The notes under the pieces are model-generated. The model searched no databases. It worked only from the letters and a program-made list of their open reading frames with translations, and was not told the DNA's origin. From Neoechinorhynchus agilis (taxonomy: Eukaryota; Animalia; Acanthocephala), in NCBI GenBank assembly GCA_051530055.1, contig CM121342.1, forward strand, positions 14,647,480 to 14,711,479: a DNA stretch of 64,000 nucleotides, read 5' to 3'. Shown in pieces: positions 36,174-47,935 of the stretch. The translations under genes were made by a program, and so were the position numbers. Within the stretch, counting starts at the first letter, position 1; every line of letters starts with the position of its first letter.

Positions 36174-37100
36174 ATGTTTAACAAGCGAGCGAAAAGAGTG
36201 TTCGAAAAAGTCAATGTGGCGTTGAAGGAACAAGAATCTCGACAAAAAGTGCTTAACGCTCTTAGTTTCCTGGACGAAGAGCAAAGTAAAACACATTTAC
36301 GTTCATGGGATGCGGCTCTTAAAGATAGGCCGAAAATCGTAACTAGCAGCCCAGTTAAACAAAATGATAGTTTTTTGACATTGGACGTTGATTCGATTGA
36401 GCACGTATCAGCGAACGATTCGATTAACAATGTTCAAGATCATCAAGTTAAAATCCATGTGATTGAGATTACTAAAGACGGAACCAATACCGTGATTCCT
36501 CGCAAGCTTAATTTAGATATTGACCAACCTTTAATAGATGCCATAAAAAACGAGATGAGCGATATTTTCCATACTGACGATGGTAAGTTTGTCTTTCACT
36601 TTCGGAACAAGTTAAAGATAGTCGATGTTTTCTATATCGATTATCTTTGACACCAAACAATAGAAAACAATGCTACGCCGGCAAGTTTGAAGCTAAGTAA
36701 TGGCGATATCATTTTTTATCATTGGGAACCAATTATTGGCAATTCTGACAAATCGATTATTATTTTTATTCAATCTGCTTGGCAAATGCAACGAAGAGAA
36801 TACGGCATCGCTTCACGACAAACGCCCCTTATTCACATTTTCACCAAATACGCGAAACAGATTGAGGTCGAGATTTGTAAGGTGAATTTTCTCTTAGACG
36901 GAGACGTGGTCGATGCCATGAAAAGTCCAGAAGATCTTATGTTGGACGGCGGAGAGGTATTTGATTGTGTACCAGCAACAGAAAAAGCAAATAGTTCACC
37001 TAAGACAATTGAGCACAAGCAACCTGAAGACAGCGACAACAGTATCGTAATTCTGGAACGCTGGCCGACTCGGAAGAGGCGGAGACGGCGCAGAAGATGA
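36174..37100 (+). CDS. NFATC2IP: Rad60/Esc2/NIP45 (RENi) family protein with two SUMO-like domains; 5' end uncertain
   Basis: SLD1 KFVFHF..NATPASLKLSNGDII; SLD2 VNFLLDGD..SPEDLMLDGGEVFD; the two ORFs share a frame and are separated by one TGA at 36648. Confidence 0.7.
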
Positions 37101-37471
37101 TTCGCACTGAACCAAAACTGCAGGCAATGAATGCGAACAAAATCGAGATTTGGTCGAATTTGAGGGTAAAACTAGCATTTTGACCCGATTTCTAATGACA
37201 CAGCCTACTCCGACTTTCATCCCTAGGGTCGTACACTTCAACCAAATCGAGAATGAGTCACATTCTAGTTTTTCTTTCAAAAGCGACATCTCTTAGCTAG
37301 CAAGCACACACACCTTTACTCAAGTAGATTCAGTAGATAATTTAATGGACAATTTTGAACAAGTTCACTAAAGTCACACTATGATTTGAAACGTATTTAA
37401 AACTTTCTCAATTACCATAACAATACGCTATTGTTTTTAATACTTCACAAGAGTTAAAGACAAAATCCATG

Positions 37472-37624
37472 AGTATGTGGAAGTGGGTAAAAATTATAGT
37501 TACGTATTCACAGTTGGAAAAACTTGCGAAACAATAATTGAGTGAATAAGTCCAGCGTGATTGGACGAAATATTTCAATTAAAGTGATTCTTGGATATAT
37601 AATTTTTCCACACTTCCACATACT
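37472..37624. repeat. MITE-like 153-bp segment with about 27-bp imperfect terminal inverted repeats
   Basis: GTATGTGGAAGTGGGTAAAAATTATA versus TATAATTTTTCCACACTTCCACATAC; no TSD seen. Confidence 0.55.
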
Positions 37625-38139
37625 GCGCAAGATTAAGTGAATGTTTTCTGGTGACACTGAAAAATTAAAGCCCATGAAAGAGACAAAGTAGTGTTCAGAC
37701 TCAATTGATGTTCACGTAAGCAAAAATTCTGCGGTATACGATGCTAATTTTTTATAAAAGTACCAACCATGTCGTATGGTTCAATCGTTCGAGTAACGCT
37801 ACCAAGATTCTTCCGTAATTTGTGTGGATATTCAACCGCTGTGCACGGTGCTCGATTTTGAAAACGGCATCTTGCAAAAAACTCTTCTCTAAAAGTTTAA
37901 GCTTAAAACTAAAACACCGAAGTCATTGCAGCTACCTACCTTATTGTTATATACCAGTTGTGAGGTTTTTATTAACTAAAAACAATCGTGGCAAACCACT
38001 TAACGTACAGCATTAGTGTGCATTACATAAGTGCAATATCGATTACCACTTCTGTAGCGCAATGTAGATTTACCGCTACGCTTATTTAAAACGAAAGACG
38101 ATTAATAGAAAAAGCATTAACTTTCTATAATTACGGTTC

Positions 38140-39000
38140 TCGAGTTACGTCACTTTGTCGATTCTTCCGTACAAAAATTTACTAGTTGCCTCACAATGCA
38201 CCGCTTTGTAATTTTCAATTTTTTCAGAACCATTTTTCCGTACAAAAATTTGCTGAAGGACTCCATCTCTCTGCGCCGTTTTGAACGATTTATGATATTC
38301 TGCACGATAATCGCTTCTGTAATGACGCGTTGTCCTTTCTTCCTTAGAAAAATTACAAACTGCCTCACAATATTCATTTATTTGATCACGCACGCATACT
38401 GTTAGTTTAAGAGTTGTTTTCTTCAGATTGAGTTGATTGGTCTTACGACATCTTCTTTTGGGCCTCTTGGCTATATTCCTTTTTTTTAGGAGCCTTTCGG
38501 CTGACTTGCACACATCGGAGGCGCTTAGCCGCACTCGAAGGGACAGGGCCAACCCAGGGCCTATGGGCGATCTCAAAACCTGACCCCGCCTCTTCCAGTA
38601 GCCTCGCAACCGGTGGCGTTGAACCATCGACATATCGAGCACATTATGAACGCGCACACCACACGGCCACTGAACTCCCGCACAATGCACCGCTTTGAAC
38701 ATGTTTATTTTTTAAGCGCTCCATAGAAGATAGAGAATTAATCGGTTCTCTGACATCACTTTGTCGATTCTTCCGTACAAAAATTTGCAAAGGGGCTGCA
38801 TCTCTCTGCGCCGCTTTGAACTTGTTTATTTTTGAACGATTTATGACATTCTGTACGGTCACTTTGTACATTCTTCCGTACAAAATTTGCCAACTGCCTC
38901 ACAATGCACCGCTTTTAACTGGTTAATATTTGAACGCTCCGTTAAAGAACGTTAATCGCTTCTGTGACGTCTCGTCACTTTGTGTATTCTTCCGTACAAT
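38140..39000. repeat. Degenerate minisatellite of about 100-115 bp units upstream of calnexin
   Basis: GTCACTTTGT..ATTCTTCCGTACAA recurs near 38150, 38756, 38859 and 38975; CACAATGCACCGCTTT occurs three times. Confidence 0.8.
38480..38679 (-). mobile_element. Probable tRNA-derived SINE
   Basis: A-box-like TGGCCGTGTGG (38669-38659), B-box GGTTCAACGCC (38625-38615), GC-rich body, A8 tail near 38480. Confidence 0.55.
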
Positions 39001-39073
39001 AATGACTAAGACTACCTCAAAGCGTACCGCCTTAGTTTCAGATCCTTCCTACCGCTGTTTTTCTCACCCTGAA

Positions 39074-40873
39074 ATGAGATTCTTCATTGCAGCATGCACT
39101 CTCTTAATTGTCACTTTGCAACAGTCCGCACTCCCAGAGCTCAAGGATTTACCTTCTTCTACATTTTTGGTTGACCAATTCGTGTCAACCACTTCTGACG
39201 CTTCCTGGATTCGGTCTCGCGCAAGCAAGGACGAGGCCACTCCCGATCTCGCTCAATATGATGGTAAATGGTCAATCGAAGTACCATCAAAATCCGCGTT
39301 TCCGAATGACTATGGACTCGTAATGAAGTCGAAAGCCCGACACCACGCGATCGCTAAATCATTAAACTCTGATTTTGACTTTAAAAAAGAAAAGAGTCTT
39401 ATTGTTCAATACGAAGTTCGATTCCAGGATCCGCCTCATGAATGCGGTGGTGCTTATGTTAAACTTCTTACAAGTAGCGACAACGAACCACTCGACCAGT
39501 TCTCAGATTCACGTCCTTACACCGTCATGTTCGGTCCGGACAAGTGCGGACACAACCACAAACTCCATTTTATCGTCCGATTTAAAAACCCACTAACCGG
39601 TATTATTAGTGAACATCACAGCTCCAATGCTAGTTCAATTGATGATAAAGTATTCAGTGACGGGTTTACTCACTTATACCGGCTGCGTATTGATTCAAAT
39701 GATGATTTTATTACATTTGTTGACAACGAACGCGTTCAATCTGGCAACTTGAGAACAGATCTTGAACCTCCTATTGTTCCTCCCGAGGAGATTGATGATG
39801 AACTTGATCAAAAGCCTGATAGTTGGGATGATAAAGCGAAAAGCCAGCTATGGAGAGTTTCTAAATGATCTTCTGTTAATTTTTGCTCAGAGTTTTTTTA
39901 TTGTTATTATAATTCACGGCGTCAAAATTGATTTCGCATCAATTCTGCACCCAACATTTTTTAAGGAAATTCACTTTTCTCTTTTATTTATTAGCTGTAT
40001 TTTTGCGCGCGTAGACCTCAGATCCCGGACGAGAGCGCAAAGAAACCAAATGACTGGGACGAGGACGCTCCTCTGCAAATTCCGGATAAGTTTGACGAGA
40101 AGCCTGAGGATTGGCTAGATGACGAACCATCCCACGTCCCAGATGAAAATGCAGTGCGTCCTGATGACTACGATCCTGAGGTTGATGGCGAGTGGGAAGC
40201 TCCCATAATTCCCAACCCGAAATGTGAAGGGCGTTCTGGTTGTGGGGAATGGAAACCGAGAATGATACCGAATCCGGACTATAAAGGAAAGTGGTCGCCA
40301 CCTATGATAAAGAATCCGGACTATGCTGGTCCTTGGTTCCCACGCAAAATTCCGAATCCAGCCTATTTCAAACTCGATGGAAATGTATTCCACGCAATGG
40401 ATCCGATTTCTGCACTTGGTCTGGAGTTATGGACTCTGAGTTCCGATGTTGTGTTTGACGATTTTGTTGTTGTCGGTGCAAAGGATGAGAGTGTGCCTCG
40501 GAGATTTGCACAGGAGATATGGAAGGTGAAGTATGACGCTGAGAAAGCTGCTGCACCGGAAACCTCTTCGACCAAAAACGTGATGGATACATTAGCACAG
40601 AAGGTAGGCCAGAAGCCGTGGGTCGCTGCTGGTGTCGTTGTTAGTGTGTTTGTTGTCATTGTTACGATAATTTCATTTGTCGTTACGGGCCGAAAGACGC
40701 CGGCGCCTGTTCAAGAGGATATTCAGGAGGACCAAGTGAAACCGAATGAGGACGGCAGCGCCGACGAGCATGTCGTCGAGGAAGATGACAGTAAAGAGAA
40801 TTCAAAGGAAAATGGCGAGGAAGAGGAGGAAACGGGACCCGTTAAGCGGTCTAAAGTAAGAATCGATCAGTGA
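39074..40873 (+). CDS. CANX: Calnexin, two exons
   Basis: Signal peptide, CGGAYVKLL, MFGPDKCG, P-domain KP.DWD repeats, GLELW, TM, acidic tail; one insertion or intron at about 39834-40015. Confidence 0.95.
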
Positions 40874-41496
40874 TACAAGTGCGCTAGAAGAATATTTTCC
40901 CAGCGATCCGAAAAAAGACATTCTTTGAGCTTTATACTTGCAATGCATCCATGTTTGATCTGCCAGGATATATATTATGGTACTGTGCAGTTTAGGACGG
41001 GTGCTACAACGAATTAGAGCGGCAATCACATATCGCTTGAACATTTTATTTCAAATTGCTTCCATTTTCAAGACATCTTAATGCCATTTTGGCTTTATAT
41101 GTATTTTGAAGGCATGTTTTGTTTTTAAATGGACACTTGGGCGGAAAATCATTATTCATAAGTTTTCGCCGCCTACAACGGCGCGCGGAGATGTATGTTG
41201 AAGTTGCGACATCGAAGTGGAAAGTTCGTCCCGCTTATTGAGAAATTCTGGGTCGTTGTCAAGCTGATGGAGTAAAGATTAACATCAAATTTCCCATTGT
41301 TTTTCAGTTTTAAGAGAAAAGCGTTGAAGTTCGTCTCTCTTTGTTTCGTAGGATACTTTTTGAGTTTGGTGAATTTTTCAGGAACGAGTAGACTTAAGCT
41401 TTTAGAAACGTATCGTCCCGATCTATGATCACCACTGCTTTACCTTTGTCTGATATGGTAATGCGAATCAAGTCGTCTCGTTTAAGATCGAATCTT

Positions 41497-41981
41497 TGCT
41501 CTGCGGCCGAACTTCTGAGCTTTCGGCACATGAGGTCTCTTCTTGATCAAGAATTGCTTCTATATGCCAAAATTGCTTCATAAGCTAAGAGCAGCTCCAT
41601 GTTTCGGAAAAGATAAATTGTTAGGAGAGCTCTATATTGAATGTCAAATTTTCTGACACAGGTTGGCGACAGGCTACTTTTCCCACGGCTTATGGTGGTT
41701 TGGGAGTCCGCACCACTTCATACGTCGCTTTACCTGCCTTCCTCTCCTCTTGCCGGGCAATTAAAGTCTATGTCGATGCCATTTTAGGCACATCACTGGA
41801 GGATGCGATCTTTGAAACAGGATTATCTCAATGACATCAACTGACAGGCATCAACCAACTCCCCGCAAATGAATGCAAACAGTCGTCTTGGGACATTCCT
41901 CTGGTTCAGAAGATTCACAACTCTTTCAAAGGTCTTCTGGATGAGGTGTCTCAGGTCCGGCTGGTAGCCTGCTCCACGAAG
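41497..41981 (+). mobile_element. Internal CRE fragment copied from 46513-46997, flanked by a 67-bp direct duplication
   Basis: About 98% identical to the source; 41430-41496 equals 41982-42048. Confidence 0.95.
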
Positions 41982-44651
41982 CACCACTGCTTTACCTTTG
42001 TCTGATATGGTAATGCGAATCAAGTCGTCTCGTTTAAGATCGAATCTTGTTGGCCATTTGTGTCCACGGTCTTCCCTCCCGTTGCGTATACATCAGGAGC
42101 GATGCAAGACACTTTTTCCGACGTACAACAATGCGAGGTTGGAGAGATTAAAGATTAGCGAACAACAAATCACATTCCTCAGACGGTGTCTTCGCAATAA
42201 TATCCTGCCATTTTACATTTTGCATCAGGTGCGCATACCTGAAGACCTAGGGCACAACTAAAAACTGCAGGAGAGATTAAAAGGGTGCCGTTTTCAATGT
42301 CTAAAATGATATATAAGAGGAACATCGCGGCGTATATATTTGTTGAGGAATGGTATGATAATGGAAATGCAGCTATTGCAAGATCGATTGAGTGTTGATG
42401 AGCCGAATGAACTGCTTAACATGTCAACGAGGAATGCAAAATCGACTGCGACGGATCGCATAAAGAGGACATATGCCGAATTGAACGATCGAACAGTTAA
42501 ATTTCGCTTACCCAGGATTCCGCTTCTTAATGATAATGATAGAATGATAGGCATGGCGCTTGACATACTGAATATCGAGGAACATCGCTCGTTTGAGCTA
42601 TCAGTTGCGAGTGAGAGCGTCGAAAGAGAACAGCGAAAATGCGACGAGAATCGAAACAATTATGGAAGTCAAGACCACGTTTAGACTTTGAGCGATAAAT
42701 AACAGCAGTTCCTAAAGCAGATGATCATACAGAAAGGCGACTGCTAATGATAGGAGAGAAAATCGAGGTTCTGACGAATCGTCACATTGCACGGAGGTAT
42801 AAGTCAAACATATCGAGAGACGAGCGGCAGGCGCTGATTTCGATTAAGGAGAAAATCACAGATAAAACGATTCGAATATGTATGAGCGACAGGGGTGATG
42901 ATTTTGTGGCAATAGAAAGGAGTGTTGAATTCGCAATGATGGGCGAGATATTGAGTGGTGATAGTGTGTACAAGCGAAAGGATGAAGACGATACCGAATC
43001 TAAGAGAAAGCAGTTGAATCGCGGCCTTCGAGAAGTGATTGCCGTTAGAAATCTGAGAGGTATGAACGGCCTCACACACGGACCATTGCGCATTCCAGTA
43101 ATGTATACAATGGTTAAGGCGCACAAAATGCCATTTGTCCCGATCACAACAATGACCGCAAATTTATTAAAATGCTGACCGATAATTTCGGCCGTTAACG
43201 GACCTCCATGCAGGATATCTCGGCTCTTGGCGATGGCTGTCAGTCCGCTGATTCAGAGGACAGCTTCATATGTAAGAAACGTCGAGGGACTACTTGAAAC
43301 TCTGCAATCGCGGCGAGGTGATGTTATGGGTAGCTGCGTCATGTCCTTCGATTTCGAATCGCTTTATACGAATGTGGACAACGAAGGAGGAATCAGAGCA
43401 CTGAAGAGAAGTTTGGGAGATTGCGGAGAGGATATCAAACCCATTGGGATGCAATAATGCGATGTGATTCGCCCCACCCGGATGGTTTTGGATTGCAACC
43501 TTTTTAATATGGCAACCAGATATACTGCTAGATCGGCGGATTGTCCATGGGAAATAGTTTAGCTATCATTTTCCTTGATGATTTGGAAAGGTATAGCATC
43601 TTCCCACACCAAGCGTCGAGCCAAATTTCTCTCCGTTATGTGGATGATGCTTTGTTCACCTACAGAGAGGAGAATGAAACAAATGACGTGGAGTCCCGGT
43701 TAAATTTGATGGATTCAGCTGGGCGAATCAGAGTTACCCGGGACAGCCCAGTGGATAACCTGCCGCTCCTGAATCTATGTTTCAACGCTAATGATATAAA
43801 CGCATATAGTTGGTACCGCAAGCCGTGCAAGAAGGTCATCTTCATGCATCGAGATTCTCATAATTCTTGGGTGATAAAACAAGCGAACGTGCTCATCATC
43901 GATAGATGCGGAATGATTGTCGGTTCAGGAAATCAATGAATTGTTGGCTCAGAATGGATACTCAGGTCAGGAGATCAGAAGACTTAAATTACGCTCGGAA
44001 AAGGCTAGCCAGCGAATAGTTGACGATCTCGAGAGGAACCGGCAAAAAGCCCATTCTGAAGATTCCATTCGTTGCTGCGGAGAGCAGGATAGGATGTTCG
44101 CCTGGTTCATCGGAGCGTCGAATCATGACGAGGACGGGGGACATCATGAAGCGCCAAGTTCATGCCCGAGCGCATGTAAGATGTGTTGATTTGCGCCAGG
44201 CAAGGACATGAACAGGAAGAGTCAATATGGTGCACGGTGTGGAGAGAACGCAACGTTGTGTATAAGATGACATGCGAACATTGCAAAAAAGAAGGAAATG
44301 GCGTTATATCACATATATTGGGAAGACGGAGCGACCGCTGCACAAACGAGTTACACGGAGCATATACGTAATGCGCTCAACCCCAGTACGCCAGCAGCCA
44401 CACCTTGGGCAGAACACCATTCGCAGTGCCATTCAGATGGCGAGGTGAACCTCTCTACCGAAATCATTTATAAAGCCCGATATGCAGTGAATTTTGCGAT
44501 AGAGGCGGTGATTTCGGGAGAAGCGATGGGTTCGAATCGGAAAAGAACTGAGCACGAGGACGGATGCACCTCATCGATAAGAGGGATGTGCTAGTAGAGT
44601 CGATGCGGATATTGTTGCCTGTTTGTGTCTCCCCACCTCACACATTTTAGA

Positions 44652-44690
44652 TTGCCCAGTTGAAACCGTAAAATGGCGAAAGCTAGGCAA
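44652..44690 (+). ncRNA. Degenerate hammerhead at the PLE 3' end
   Basis: UUGCC-CAGUUGA-A-ACCG UAAAA UGGC-GAAAGCUA^GGCAA; helix I perfect, core has two mismatches. Confidence 0.6.
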
Positions 44691-45491
44691 ATAAATAAAC
44701 TCCGGGTCGTATTTGTCAAGTTAAATTATCTAAAATTTTGATGTCCAGTTCTCGTCAGGATTCGCATAAGTGTACTCGCACTTCTCTAGACAATTCCGGA
44801 CATCCATTATCTATCGTCGAAGCAGCTTTCGGACGTTACTAGTGAACTTTTCACTGATATATCTTTATCTTGAGAATCGGTTTCCTGCATATCGATTTTG
44901 GGAACGATCATCTTTCCGTTTCCCATCTCTTGGATAACAGCGTTGCTTGAAGCGCATGATTTCTTATTTACGTGAATATCCGTTATCGGTGAAGATTGCG
45001 TTCACTCTATCTATTGGCAATCGTTTCTCCGTTAATGACGATGAACAAATAAGTGTTGTAATGTTCATCTCAACTTAAAGTGTCTATCTCATTAACCAAA
45101 AGGATGATGGGAATTTCGATCCATGACTATTCTTCCTTCTGGAGGTATCTGAGGATTCGGAGGGATGCACAAACTCTTAACCGTATGATTCAGGGTATTA
45201 CGTGATTTTATGTGCTTCCCCGAACCAGATCGGTGGGCTGTGTACCCAAAGAATAATTATCAGCCGTGGAAAAAGCCTCACTCTAACACAATAGATTTTT
45301 GTTTGAATTATTAAAATAAGGCAAAAGTATTTTTGTTTTAGGTTTGCACAGTATATAGGAGAGAATATGTTTAGCTTTGCAAAGCCATTGTTTGAATTAG
45401 CGTATTAGTTAACGTTTTTATATTATTTTTTCTTTTCCTTCCATGACAAACTGCTTAAACATCGGTAAAATATGTCGCAGATTTAATGATG

Positions 45492-45643
45492 ATATTTCTT
45501 TTGTTATTCTCGCAATTCGAATTATTTATATTTGTATAAATTGAACCAAAAGAAAAGCAACTTCGAATATTTCTTTTGTTATTCTCGCATTTCTAATTAT
45601 ATATGTTTGTATAAATTGAACCAAAAGAAAAGCAACCTCGAAT
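45492..45643. repeat. Tandem duplication of about 75 bp at the CRE 5' junction
   Basis: ATATTTCTTTTGTTATTCTCGCA...GCAAC.TCGAAT occurs twice. Confidence 0.9.
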
Positions 45644-47680
45644 GTGTAGTGTATGAGATTTTGCACTTTACTAATCGCTTCGCCGTTCAATAATCGAGCT
45701 GTAAACATTATAAAGCGGTGCAATTTGGCTACACATCTTTTAATCGGCGCCTCTTTGTGTGCTTTGTCCAAGAAAGATGGTGGGATTCGTCCCATCGCCA
45801 TTGGCTGCACTTTGCGTAGGTTAGCCGCGAAAGTTTTATGCAGGAGAATCTCCGATAAAACGGGAGAATTTTTAAGACCCTGTCAGTTAGGTTGCTGCAC
45901 TCCTTGTGGAGTTGAAGCGGTCGTGCATGCTCTGCGAAAATTTATCCCCCAAAGAACAAAGCCAACAGCAATTCTGAAAATAGATTTAAAAATATGCTTT
46001 CAATACCTTAAAAAGGGAAATAATGTTAAAAGCGATTGAGGATGTCGTCCCAAAGGCTTACCCCTATTTCTGGAGAGCATATGCTAAACATACGCCACTG
46101 CTGTACAACGACAAAATAATTTGGTCGCAGAGAGGTGTACAACAGGGAGATCCACTCGGCCCCATAGGCTTCTCCGTCGCAGTAAATGATCTTGCCCACT
46201 CAATGTTTTCACCTTTCAACGCTTGGTACTTGGACGATGCCACACTCGGTGGCGATCCAAGTGTTGTTTTGGGCGACCTTCAAAGGATCGTGAATGAAGC
46301 GGACCGCTTGGGAATAGAAATAAATCCCCAAAAATGCGAACTTCTCATCCTGAACGCAACTGAAAACGAGCGCTCTCGAATCTCTAGCGATTTTGAATCA
46401 GTTGCTGCTGGACTAGGTTTGATCACCCTTGACCAGCTCACACTCCTCGGGACCTGCGTTCTTGCTGAGAATGTTGCGAAGGACCTGCGAGCACAAATCC
46501 CGAAAATGGAGTTGCTCTGCGGCCGAACTTCTGAGCTTTCGGCACATGAGGTCTCTTCTTGATCAAGAATTGCTTCTATATGCCAAAATTGCTTCATAAG
46601 CCAAGAGCAGCTCCATGTTTCGGAGAAGACAAATTGTTAGGAGAGCTCTATATTGAATGTCAAATTTTCTGACACAGGTTGGCGACAGGCTACTTTTCCC
46701 ACGGCTTATGGTGGTTTGGGAGTCCGCACCACTTCATACGTCGCTTTACCTGCCTTCCTCTCCTCTTGCCGGGCAAGTAAAGTCTATGTCGATGCCATTT
46801 TAGGCACATCACTGAAGGATGCGATCTTTGAAACAGGATTATCTCAATGACATCAATTGACAGGCATCAACCAACTCCCCGCAAATGAATGCAAACAGTC
46901 GTCTTGGGACATTCCTCTGGTTCAGAAGATTCACAACTCTTTCAAAGGTCTTCTGGATGAGGTGTCTCAGGTCCGGCTGGTAGCCTGCTCCACGAAGGAG
47001 TCGGGAGCGTGGCTGAATGCTCTCCCTGTAGGGAATCTTGGAAGTCTCCTTGCTGACTCAGTCGTCAGGATCGCAGTATCCTTGAGATTAGGTCTACCGA
47101 TTTGCATCCCGCATCGCTGCCGCTGCGGCACTATAGTGGACTCTTCGGGGAGACACGATCTCATATGCAAGACGTCAGCGGGACGATTTCGACGGCATGC
47201 TGAAATCAATGCAATTCTGAGTAGGACCCTGAAAACGCTTTCCCTCCCAAACATTCTAGAACCCACCAATCTTTGTAGATTAGATGGAAGACGCCCTGAT
47301 GGCGTGACCGTCTTTCCTTGGCGGGAGGGAAAATGTTTGTTGTGGGATGCAACGTGTGTGGACACGTTGGCAAACTAGAGCATCAGCCACTGGATCCAGG
47401 AGGAGCGGCGACGGCGGCAGAGGAGCGGAAATGCTCGAAATACAGGAAGCTAATCCAAAACTACCATTTTGTCCACTTCGGTGTGGAAACGTATGGGGCC
47501 TTGGGAGGGTCGGCACTGGCCCTTGTGAAGGAATTGGGGAAACGAATCAACGCGGCGGCTGGAGAGCCAAGATCGACTTCGTTCCTAGCCCAAAAAATAA
47601 GCATTTCGGTGCAGCGGGGCAATGCGGCCAGCATTTTGGCCAGCGCCGATGAATAGGAGCGGAGAGGTTGTAAACAATCC
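45644..47680 (+). mobile_element. CRE-clade non-LTR retrotransposon (RT, CCHC, RLE), 5'-truncated and frameshifted
   Basis: GGIRPIAIG, GVQQGDPLGP, WYLDD, CRCG..H..C, RRPDG, ETYGALG, VQRGNAAS. Confidence 0.9.
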
Positions 47681-47935
47681 ATAGATTGCGTATAGACTAA
47701 TGTTAGAGTACTGCTTTGAAAACTTTAAATATATAGCGCATTCTAAACTTTGGCACATCTTAATCTAAAACATTTCGCATCAACACCTTGTTACAAGTTT
47801 TTAAGAAAACTGTTTTGCTTTTGTTTAAGCTCTGCTGACAAACAAAGTTGAGTTTCGCAAGAGTATATTACTACGCGATACTGTATTGCTCGTCGACAAG
47901 TCTCATAGCGATTTCGGCGATAGAACTCGAACGCA

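Larger units (their letters stand above)
41150..44690 (+). mobile_element. Penelope-like element, near full length, decayed (5' limit uncertain)
   Basis: N-terminal ITFLRRCLRNNILP; RT SFDFESLYTNV, SMGNSLA, LRYVDD; GIY-YIG NVVYKMTCEHC..YIGKTERPLHKR; degenerate 3' hammerhead. Confidence 0.9.

Noticed and set aside
35978-37289. Minus-strand ORFs opposite the SUMO-like gene
   Set aside because: Antisense shadows with no recognisable domains.
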